A program made the position numbers and the translations under genes. Positions 51,403 to 59,404 of a DNA stretch of 64,000 nucleotides are shown here, one piece after another. The stretch spans positions 3,040,001 to 3,104,000 of the forward strand of contig CAXXKJ010000002.1 of the NCBI GenBank assembly GCA_963675295.2, given 5' to 3'. The notes beneath the pieces are model-generated. The model did no database searches. It saw only the letters and a list, made by a program, of their open reading frames with translations, and had not been told where the DNA came from. Numbering within the stretch: the stretch's first letter is position 1; each line of letters opens with the position of its first letter. Source of the DNA: a bacterium (GTDB lineage Bacteria > Electryoneota > Electryoneia > Electryoneales > Electryoneaceae).

Positions 51403-54063
51403 GTGGATATCCCGAAGCAATACGACCCGAAAGAAGTGGAAGCGCACTGGCGCGAGTGGTGGCACGAGAACGATTTCTTCAAGACCAGTCCGTCGATGGA
51501 GAAGGAGCCGTATGTGATCATGATGCCGCCGCCAAACGTAACCGGCGTGCTGCACATGGGTCATGCATTGCAGGACACGATCCAGGACGAGCTGATCCGT
51601 TATTACCGCATGAAGGGCTTCGAAGCCCACTGGCAGGCGGGCAAGGATCACGCCGGCATCGCGACGCAAACCGTGGTCGAACGGGAAATGAAGAAGAATG
51701 GCGAGCCCGACCGTCGCACCATGGGCCGCGAGAAATTCATCGAGCGTGTCTGGCAGTTCGTGGAACGTAACCGCAACACAATCAGCACGCAGAAGAAATC
51801 ACTCGGCATCTCGCCGGACTTCTCGAAGGAACGTTTCACCCTCGACGACGGCCTCAGCGATGCGGTACAGGAAGCGTTCATCAAGCTGCACCAGGACGGT
51901 CTGATCTATCGCGGGCCGTACATCGTCAACTGGTCGCCGAAATTGCAGTCCGCCATCTCGGACGAAGAGGTGGATTTCAAGGACGAACAGGGTCATCTGT
52001 GGCACATCCGGTATCCGGGCGCTGACGGCAGCGAGGGTGTGGTGGTCGCGACGACCCGTCCCGAGACAATGCTCGGCGACACCGCGGTAATGGTCCATCC
52101 AGAAGACGACCGGTACAAGGACCTGGTCGGCAAGGAAGTGGTTTTGCCGTTGACCGGACGGAACATTCCGGTGATCGCGGACGATTACGTCGACCGTGAA
52201 TTCGGCACCGGCGCGGTGAAGGTTACCCCGGCGCACGACCCGAACGACTTCGAGGTCGGCCGCCGTCACGATCTCGACATGCCGGTCATCCTCGACACCG
52301 AGGCGCGCATCCAGGCCCCGGCGCCGGAGAAATATATCGGACTGGACCGTGACGCCGCCCGCGAGGCCGTGGTCAAGGATCTTGAGGACCAGGGCTATCT
52401 CGTTAAAACCGAGGAGTATACGCACAGCGTCGGCTACTGTCACCGGACCAAGGTGCGCATTGAGCCGTACTTGAGCACGCAGTGGTTCCTCAAGATGAAG
52501 CCGCTCGCAAAGCGTGCGATCGAAGTCGTGCGCAACGGAGAGATCAAGTTTGTCCCGGATCGCTGGGGCAAGGTCTACTTCCAGTGGATGGAAAACATCC
52601 GCGACTGGTGCATTTCCCGTCAGTTGTGGTGGGGTCACCGGATCCCTGCGTACTACTGCGAGGACTGCAACTACGTCCACGTCGGCACCGACCACCCGGA
52701 CATCTGCCCGGCGTGCGGTTCGAACCAGTGGCGGCAGGACGAGGACGTGCTCGACACGTGGTTCTCGAGCTGGTTGTGGACCTTCTCAACCCTCGGCTGG
52801 CCGAAGCAGACCGGCGACCTGCTGTATTATCACCCGACAAACGTGCTCGTCAGTGGCTACGACATCATCTTCTTCTGGATCGCGCGGATGATCGTCGCCA
52901 GCCTGTATTTCGTCGACGAGATCCCGTTCAAGCAGGTCTACATCACCGGGATGATCAAGGACAAGCAGGGCCGTTGGATGAGCAAATCGCTCGGCAATGG
53001 CATCGACCCGCTCGAAATGGTTGACCAGTACGGCGCGGACGCGGTGCGCTACTCGCTGACTGTGCTGAATACAGTCGGCCAGGACATTCGCTTGGATCCC
53101 AGCCGTTTCGAGATGGGCCGCAACTTCGCGAACAAGCTGTGGAACTCGTTCCGTTTCCTCGTCAATCGAGATCTGGCGGGCGTCACCGAAGCACCTGGCG
53201 ACGCGCTGGAAATCGAGGATCGCTGGATCGAGGGCCGGATGATCCAGACCGCGCGTGAGCTGGAGGAAAGGATCGAACAGTACCGTCTCGATGAGGCGTT
53301 GATCGGCCTCTACCGTTTCATCTGGAACGACTTCTGTGACTGGTACATTGAGACGATCAAGACACGGATCGGCAACGATGCGGACGCGGCATCGTCAAAG
53401 CAGACGCTGCACTTCGCGATCAACGTTTTCGACAAGATCATTCACCTGCTGCATCCGTTCATGCCGTTCATCACCGAAGAGATGTACCAGACGTTGAACG
53501 GTGTCATGGGCGAAGCTTGGGCGCAGGATCGTGCGGGCAGCATTGCGGTGTCGCCGTTCCCGGACTTCTCGGACAGTAGGGTTGACGAAACCGCCGTCGC
53601 GGAGTTCGAATATGTGCGCGAGTTGGTCAGCGCGATTCGTAATGTGCGCGGCGAACTGCTGGTCCCGCCGGTCGCGGAGGCGCAGTTGGTGATGCGTGCG
53701 GACGATCCGAAACTGGACATTGTGCGGCGTGAATGGGTAACGGTGAAACGGCTGGCGCGATTGAGTGGTGATGAGCTGGCAACTGCGGACAGCAAGCCGA
53801 AAGCGTCCGCGACGACGCTGGTCGAAGGCCGTGAGATCTATATCCCGCTGGAAGGCCTGATCGACCTCGATGCCGAGAAGGACCGTGTGCAGAAGGAAAT
53901 CGGCAAGCTCGAGGGGTTGCTCAAGGGCGTGGAGAAGAAGCTGTCGAACGACAAGTTCGTCGCCAACGCGCCTGAGGATGTGGTCGCCAAGGAACGCGAG
54001 AAGATGGACACCTACAGCAACGATCTCGCGAAATTGAAGGCGCATCTGGCGGATTTGAGCTGA
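51403..54063 (+). CDS. valS: Valine--tRNA ligase
   Basis: PPPNVTGVLHMGH, DHAGIATQ, ATTRPETM, DWCISRQLWWGH, MSKSLGN, C-terminal coiled coil. Confidence 0.98.
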   Translation: MDIPKQYDPKEVEAHWREWWHENDFFKTSPSMEKEPYVIMMPPPNVTGVLHMGHALQDTIQDELIRYYRMKGFEAHWQAGKDHAGIATQTVVEREMKKNGEPDRRTMGREKFIERVWQFVERNRNTISTQKKSLGISPDFSKERFTLDDGLSDAVQEAFIKLHQDGLIYRGPYIVNWSPKLQSAISDEEVDFKDEQGHLWHIRYPGADGSEGVVVATTRPETMLGDTAVMVHPEDDRYKDLVGKEVVLPLTGRNIPVIADDYVDREFGTGAVKVTPAHDPNDFEVGRRHDLDMPVILDTEARIQAPAPEKYIGLDRDAAREAVVKDLEDQGYLVKTEEYTHSVGYCHRTKVRIEPYLSTQWFLKMKPLAKRAIEVVRNGEIKFVPDRWGKVYFQWMENIRDWCISRQLWWGHRIPAYYCEDCNYVHVGTDHPDICPACGSNQWRQDEDVLDTWFSSWLWTFSTLGWPKQTGDLLYYHPTNVLVSGYDIIFFWIARMIVASLYFVDEIPFKQVYITGMIKDKQGRWMSKSLGNGIDPLEMVDQYGADAVRYSLTVLNTVGQDIRLDPSRFEMGRNFANKLWNSFRFLVNRDLAGVTEAPGDALEIEDRWIEGRMIQTARELEERIEQYRLDEALIGLYRFIWNDFCDWYIETIKTRIGNDADAASSKQTLHFAINVFDKIIHLLHPFMPFITEEMYQTLNGVMGEAWAQDRAGSIAVSPFPDFSDSRVDETAVAEFEYVRELVSAIRNVRGELLVPPVAEAQLVMRADDPKLDIVRREWVTVKRLARLSGDELATADSKPKASATTLVEGREIYIPLEGLIDLDAEKDRVQKEIGKLEGLLKGVEKKLSNDKFVANAPEDVVAKEREKMDTYSNDLAKLKAHLADLS

Positions 54064-54196
54064 TCGTTACAGTCGGTAAACTCGAACTATCGATCGAATC
54101 TTGCGGGACATGTCACCGACATGTCCCATCGTTTTTGGGCACGGTCTTGACGGTATAGCGGCTGACTACCCATATTATCTGCGAAAAGGAGGATCC

Positions 54197-54421
54197 ATGA
54201 CCAGCTATAAGATTACCGCCGTCATAGAGAAAGACGAAGACGGCTGGTTCGCGCGAGTTCCGGAATTGGATGGCTGCTATACGCAGGGTGACAGTTACGA
54301 CGAGCTTATGGTCAACCTTCAGGATGTAATCCGCCTGCACATTCAGGATCGTCTTGAACGGGGTGAACCAATACCTCGTATGGAATCAGTTTCGCTCACC
54401 ACACTTGAGGTAGCAGTGTGA
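54197..54421 (+). CDS. hicB: HicB-family antitoxin (short, no DNA-binding domain)
   Basis: VIEKDEDGWFARVPELDGCYTQGDS; AGGAGG RBS before ATG 54197. Confidence 0.85.
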   Translation: MTSYKITAVIEKDEDGWFARVPELDGCYTQGDSYDELMVNLQDVIRLHIQDRLERGEPIPRMESVSLTTLEVAV

Positions 54422-54636
54422 GCCCGAAGCTTCCACGGATTACAGCAAGGGACATCCTCAAGATTCTGCACAAACGTGGTTTCGAGAGGGTTCGCTCAAG
54501 CGGAAGTCATATCATGCTGCGTAACGCATCCGGCAATCGGGTGACTGTACCGTTTCATGCTGGTAAAATACTACATCCAAAGGTACTTAAAACCATTCTG
54601 CGCGATGCTGACATCGATCCGAGTGACTTGAGCTGA
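54418..54636 (+). CDS. hicA: HicA-family toxin
   Basis: GFERVRSSGSH, VTVPFH, LKTILRDA; GTGA overlap with hicB. Confidence 0.88.
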   Translation: MSPKLPRITARDILKILHKRGFERVRSSGSHIMLRNASGNRVTVPFHAGKILHPKVLKTILRDADIDPSDLS

Positions 54637-54723
54637 TTGTTACCAGGGAACTCCTTACCAGCTTTAAGTCCGATTCTTGTTGTTTTTTCTCAAGCCTCAC
54701 ACCTCACAGCTTAGACCTGCCCT

Positions 54724-55386
54724 TCAAGCCACATACATCATCATCCCGAACCAGTGACTGATCGACCCGCCGAGCACGAACAGGTGCCAGACGGTGTGGT
54801 GATAGGGAAAGGTCCGCCACGCGTAGAAGATCACGCCGAGCGTGTAGCACGCGCCGCCGATCGCGATCCACGTCAGGAGACCGGCTGGCATCAGGGACAG
54901 CATCGGTTTCCACGCGATCACGATCATCCACCCCATCGCGAGGTACACCAGGATCGAGACGACCTTGAAGCGTCCGATGAACAGCATCTTGAACACCACT
55001 CCCCCGGCGGCCAGTCCCCAGATGATGCCGAACAGAGTCCAACCCCACGTGTCCCGCAGCAGTATCAGCAGCAACGGTGTGTATGTCCCCGCGATCAGGA
55101 TGTAGATCATCGCGTGATCCATCTGCCGGAAGAATTTCTTCAGCTTCGCCGACCGAAAGCTGTGGTACAACGTGGACGCGAGGTACAGCAGAATCAGCGA
55201 CGTGCCGTAGACACTGAAGCTGACCACTTTCCACGGATCGCCCTGCAACGAAGCGAAGACGATCAGGATCACCAGTCCTGCGACAGCCAGCGCTGCACCG
55301 AAACCGTGGCTTGCTGCGTTCGCGATCTCCTCGCGTGGGCTCTGATGCTGCTGTTGTGCGGGTTCCGGTTTGCTGTTTTTGGGCAA
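54724..55386 (-). CDS. Hemolysin III / PAQR family membrane protein
   Basis: EEIANAASH, STLYHS, DHAMIYILIAGTYTP, HTVWHLFV; 7 TM. Confidence 0.92.
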   Translation of the reverse strand: MPKNSKPEPAQQQHQSPREEIANAASHGFGAALAVAGLVILIVFASLQGDPWKVVSFSVYGTSLILLYLASTLYHSFRSAKLKKFFRQMDHAMIYILIAGTYTPLLLILLRDTWGWTLFGIIWGLAAGGVVFKMLFIGRFKVVSILVYLAMGWMIVIAWKPMLSLMPAGLLTWIAIGGACYTLGVIFYAWRTFPYHHTVWHLFVLGGSISHWFGMMMYVA

Positions 55387-55560
55387 CGTTTGGTCCTTCT
55401 TACCGTTTCGTGGGAACGAGAACTTTGCGGGTTCGGCATTGTACGATGTTCAACCCGGCTCGTGCGCAACATTCTGGGCGGGAACCCTGGCTCTCCGTCG
55501 TTGTGCAATTAGAAACGCGAGATTACAACCAACCCTGACAACAACCAAGGGGGAACGATC

Positions 55561-56901
55561 ATGGCTCGCTACCTGGTCGTGTTGCTTTCTTTTCTGATGA
55601 TTGTGCCTGCCTTCGCGCAGGATCCTGATGTGGCTGTGACGGTGTACAATCAGGGCCTCGGGCTTGTGCGCGAGGTGCGGGATATCAATCTCGACCGTGG
55701 AGTGCAGTCCTTTGCGTATGATGGTGTCGCGGCAAAAATGCTGCCGGCATCGGTGCGTTTCCACGCCGCTGATGTGGACATTCTCGAACAGAACTTTGAG
55801 TACGATCTCGTCAGCCAGCAGGCGCTGATGCAGAAGTATCTCGGCCAGATGGTGGACATTGTGCTCGAGGACGGTGTCGTCAGCGGCAAACTGCTGTCGG
55901 TTTCCGGCGGTATCATCGTCGAGGAGGACGATGGCGGCGTACGCATCATCACCAATGACGCCGTCAAATCGGTTCGTTTCCCGGAGTTGCCGGACGGCCT
56001 GATCATCAAGCCGACCCTGCGTTGGCTGCTGAACTCGGACAAGAGCGGCGATGTTGAATCGGAACTGGCCTACCTCACCCGTGGCCTCAGCTGGGAAGCC
56101 AGTTATATCGCGGTGGTCGGCGAAAATGACGACAAACTCGAACTCTCCGGCTGGGTGCAGATGAGCAACCAAAGCGGCACCGACTACCGGAACGCCCGGC
56201 TTAAACTGATGGCGGGAGATGTGCAGTTCGCGGAACAGCCGCCGTCACGGAATCGCGGCGCGTACGCTGAAGACATGATGTACGCCATGGAAGGTGCGTC
56301 GAAGGGCTTCGAGGAGAAGAGCTTTTTCGAATATCACCTCTACACCCTGCCGCGCCGTGTCGACATCCTCGACAACCAGGACAAGCAGATCCGTCTGATC
56401 GAACCGGCGACGACCGATGTGACAAAGAAGTACATCTTCGAGCCGAACCGTGGCGGCGATGTCCAGGTAAAGCTCGAGTTCACCAACAGCGAAGATGCCG
56501 GCCTCGGCATGCCGCTGCCGGCCGGGCTGGTGCGGATGTACAAGGTCGACCCAGACGACAACACGATGCAGCTGATCGGCGAGGATCGCATCGATCACAC
56601 CCCGCGTGACGAAGACCTGAGCCTGAAGACGGGGAACGCGTTCGATGTCGTCGCCGAGCGCAAGGTGATGGACACGCAACGGATCAGTTCGACTGTCCGT
56701 CAGCAGATGTACGAGGTCGAGGTGCGCAACCGGAAGGATGACGCGGTGGACGTCGTCGTGCGTGAACATTTCTACGGCGACTGGCGGATTGTGACTGAGT
56801 CGATGAACGGCACCAAAATCGACGCCAACACGCACGAGTGGGTTGTCCCGGCCGGCGCGGGCGAGGAAGTGAAGATGTCCTACACCGTGCGGTTCCAGTA
56901 G
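55561..56901 (+). CDS. DUF4139/DUF4140 exported protein
   Basis: Signal peptide; VAVTVYN..GLVRE, EQNFEYDL, YLTRGLSWEASY, LGMPLPAG, IDHTP. Confidence 0.8.
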   Translation: MARYLVVLLSFLMIVPAFAQDPDVAVTVYNQGLGLVREVRDINLDRGVQSFAYDGVAAKMLPASVRFHAADVDILEQNFEYDLVSQQALMQKYLGQMVDIVLEDGVVSGKLLSVSGGIIVEEDDGGVRIITNDAVKSVRFPELPDGLIIKPTLRWLLNSDKSGDVESELAYLTRGLSWEASYIAVVGENDDKLELSGWVQMSNQSGTDYRNARLKLMAGDVQFAEQPPSRNRGAYAEDMMYAMEGASKGFEEKSFFEYHLYTLPRRVDILDNQDKQIRLIEPATTDVTKKYIFEPNRGGDVQVKLEFTNSEDAGLGMPLPAGLVRMYKVDPDDNTMQLIGEDRIDHTPRDEDLSLKTGNAFDVVAERKVMDTQRISSTVRQQMYEVEVRNRKDDAVDVVVREHFYGDWRIVTESMNGTKIDANTHEWVVPAGAGEEVKMSYTVRFQ

Positions 56902-56906
56902 AATAG

Positions 56907-57050
56907 AGGGCTCCGGGCTCAGGACTCAGGACTCAGGAAAATGTGGCCGTGTCAGAAAACTTGTCTGACGCGGCCGTTTTGTCTCTGATGCTACAGGCAG
57001 CAGTCCGTTTTCCACAGCCAGTTGTCTCAAGACTCAGTACTCAGGACTCC
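56907..57050. repeat. Heptamer-bounded cassette upstream of recG
   Basis: AGGGCTC CGGGCTC AGGACTC AGGACTC; core GGCCGTGTCAGA..TCTGACGCGGCC 56945-56975; CTCA at 57026/33/40. Confidence 0.75.
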
Positions 57051-57089
57051 TGTGCTGGCGTGAACGTTTGGTCACCCCTATCTTCCCGC

Positions 57090-59258
57090 ATGCCTTCAAC
57101 CCCTGGAAACAAGAAAGCCGCGCCGCTCGAATTGCCGGTCGCGTACCTGCGTGGGATCGGTCCGCGCAAAGCCAGCGCGTTCAAGCAGGTCGGTGTCAAC
57201 ACGCTGCGTGACCTGTTGTACTACGTTCCCCGCCGCTACATCGACCGCACCACCGCGACGAAGATCGGGTCCATCCGTGGTGAGACCAAGGGTGAGGTCT
57301 CGATCATCGGCCGGATCACCGAAGTGCAGATGGTCAAGGGCCGACGTGGGACCAACCGCTACGAAGCCGCCCTGGACGACGGCACCGGCACGTTGCACCT
57401 GATCTGGTTCCGGCAGACCAACCGTGTCCGCAAATGGATCACCGAGGGCTTCTCGGCGGTCTTTTCCGGCAAGGTGAACATGTACGGCGGCATCCCGCAG
57501 ATTGCGCACCCGGAAGTGATGTCGTTGTCCAAGGGCGAAGCGATGGATCTGCAGCAGGGCAAGGGCCGTTGGATCGCCTTGTATCCGGGCGGGAAGGAAT
57601 TCGACAAGGTCGATCTCGACCAGCGTGCGTTGCGGACGTTGATGGACCGCGCGGTCGGCGAATACGTCCACTCGGTGCCGGAGATCTGGCCGCAGGAGGT
57701 ACTCGACCAGTACAAGCTGCCGTCGCTCAGTGACGGGCTGCGCATGGTGCACCGTCCGCATTCCGCGAAGGAACGTGACCTCGGCTGGAAACGGCTCAAG
57801 TTCGACGAGCTGGTCCTGTTTCAACTGCTGTGGTCGTGGTCACGGCGGCGGAACCGTGACAAGGTCAAGGGGATCGCGTATCCGTCGGTAGGTGGTCTGA
57901 CACGTGCGCTGATCGAAGAGAAGCTGCCGTTCCAACTCACAGACGCGCAGAAACGCGTCATGCGTGAGATCTGGAACGACATGAAGCAGCCGCACCCGAT
58001 GACACGCCTGCTGCAGGGCGATGTTGGGTCGGGCAAGACGGTGATCGCGTTGATTGCGATGTGCATCGCCGTCGAAAACGGCCACCAGGCGGCGTTGATG
58101 GCACCGACGGAAATCCTCGCCGAGCAGCACTGGCTGACCAGCCGCAAATTCCTTGACAATCTCGACATTCACGTCGACCTGCTCACCGGCAGCATGACGG
58201 AGAAGGAACGGCGCGACAAGTATGAGCGACTCGCGCAGGGCCAGCCGGGGATCATCATCGGCACGCACGCCCTGATCCAGGACAAGGTCAAGCTGCCGAA
58301 CCTCGGGCTCACGATCATCGACGAACAGCACCGCTTCGGTGTCGCACAGCGCTTGAAGCTGATGGAACCGGACCATGTCAAGGGCCGCAACTTCGACGGG
58401 TCGGATCTGCTGCGTCCCGATGTGCTGGTGATGACCGCGACGCCCATCCCCCGCTCGCTGGCGTTGACACTGTACGGCGACCTCGATGTCAGCCGCTTGG
58501 ACGAAATGCCGCCGGGACGCGGAACGGTAACGACCAAGGCCTACAACGCCGATTTTGAACGGCAGAAGATTTACCAGCAGATCGCGGGACGGGTGCGCAA
58601 GGGCGACCGCGCGTACGTCATCTTCCCGCTCGTCGAACAGTCGGAGAAACTCGACCTTGCGGCGGCGGAAACCGGACACACGGAGCTGTCGGCGGGTGCG
58701 TTCAAGGGGCTGAAAGTTGGCCTGCTGCACGGCCGGATGAAGATGGAAGACAAGGCTGAGGCGATGCGCAAATTCGCGTCCGGAGAAACGCCGGTGCTGG
58801 TCTCGACGACGGTCGTCGAGGTCGGTGTCGATGTGCCGGAAGCGACGATCATGATCGTCGAACACGCCGAACGGTTCGGGTTGAGCCAGTTGCATCAGTT
58901 GCGTGGCCGGATCGGGCGCGGCGGTCGTGACGGCTTCTGCTGTCTGTTCTTCTATCCCCCGCTCGGCCGCACGGCGGAAGCGCGGTTGTCGATCATGCAG
59001 AAGACGACCGACGGCTTTCTCATTGCGGAGGAAGACTTGCGGCTGCGCGGCATGGGCGACTTTTTCGGTGTCAAGCAGAGCGGCCTGCCACCGTTACGCT
59101 TCTCGGACATCGTCGAGGATCAGGACCTGGTGCGGCTCACGCGCAAGGTCGCGGATGATCTGATCAACCAGAGCCCCGACCTGAAGCAGTTCCCGCCGCT
59201 GGAGAAGGAATTCCGCCGGACAGCATTGGGACGTGTCGGCTGGCTCGAGGCGGGGTGA
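57090..59258 (+). CDS. recG: ATP-dependent DNA helicase RecG
   Basis: LRGIGP, OB wedge domain, QGDVGSGKT, DEQHRFG, MTATPIPRSL, QLHQLRGRIGRG, DLRLRG; start approximate (ATG 57090). Confidence 0.96.
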   Translation: MPSTPGNKKAAPLELPVAYLRGIGPRKASAFKQVGVNTLRDLLYYVPRRYIDRTTATKIGSIRGETKGEVSIIGRITEVQMVKGRRGTNRYEAALDDGTGTLHLIWFRQTNRVRKWITEGFSAVFSGKVNMYGGIPQIAHPEVMSLSKGEAMDLQQGKGRWIALYPGGKEFDKVDLDQRALRTLMDRAVGEYVHSVPEIWPQEVLDQYKLPSLSDGLRMVHRPHSAKERDLGWKRLKFDELVLFQLLWSWSRRRNRDKVKGIAYPSVGGLTRALIEEKLPFQLTDAQKRVMREIWNDMKQPHPMTRLLQGDVGSGKTVIALIAMCIAVENGHQAALMAPTEILAEQHWLTSRKFLDNLDIHVDLLTGSMTEKERRDKYERLAQGQPGIIIGTHALIQDKVKLPNLGLTIIDEQHRFGVAQRLKLMEPDHVKGRNFDGSDLLRPDVLVMTATPIPRSLALTLYGDLDVSRLDEMPPGRGTVTTKAYNADFERQKIYQQIAGRVRKGDRAYVIFPLVEQSEKLDLAAAETGHTELSAGAFKGLKVGLLHGRMKMEDKAEAMRKFASGETPVLVSTTVVEVGVDVPEATIMIVEHAERFGLSQLHQLRGRIGRGGRDGFCCLFFYPPLGRTAEARLSIMQKTTDGFLIAEEDLRLRGMGDFFGVKQSGLPPLRFSDIVEDQDLVRLTRKVADDLINQSPDLKQFPPLEKEFRRTALGRVGWLEAG

Positions 59259-59396
59259 GTAGAGTGCTGAGTGATGAGTAGTGAGTGATGAGTAAAAACA
59301 CATAACACAATACTGATCTCCCGTAAGGATCATCAAACAAGGCCGCGACAATTGTCACGGCCTTGTTTTAACTCACAACTCATCACTCATACCTCA
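59256..59396. repeat. Heptamer inverted arrays around a bidirectional terminator-like hairpin
   Basis: WGAG at 59261/68/75/82/89; hairpin AAACAAGGCCG...CGGCCTTGTTT 59335-59368; CTCA at 59372/79/86/93; 59268-59279 is the exact reverse complement of 59378-59389. Confidence 0.85.
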
Positions 59397-59404
59397 GATC
59401 TGAC

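Noticed and set aside
52975-52995. ValS WMSKS instead of KMSKS
   Set aside because: The first position of the motif varies among class I synthetases and the catalytic second Lys is intact.
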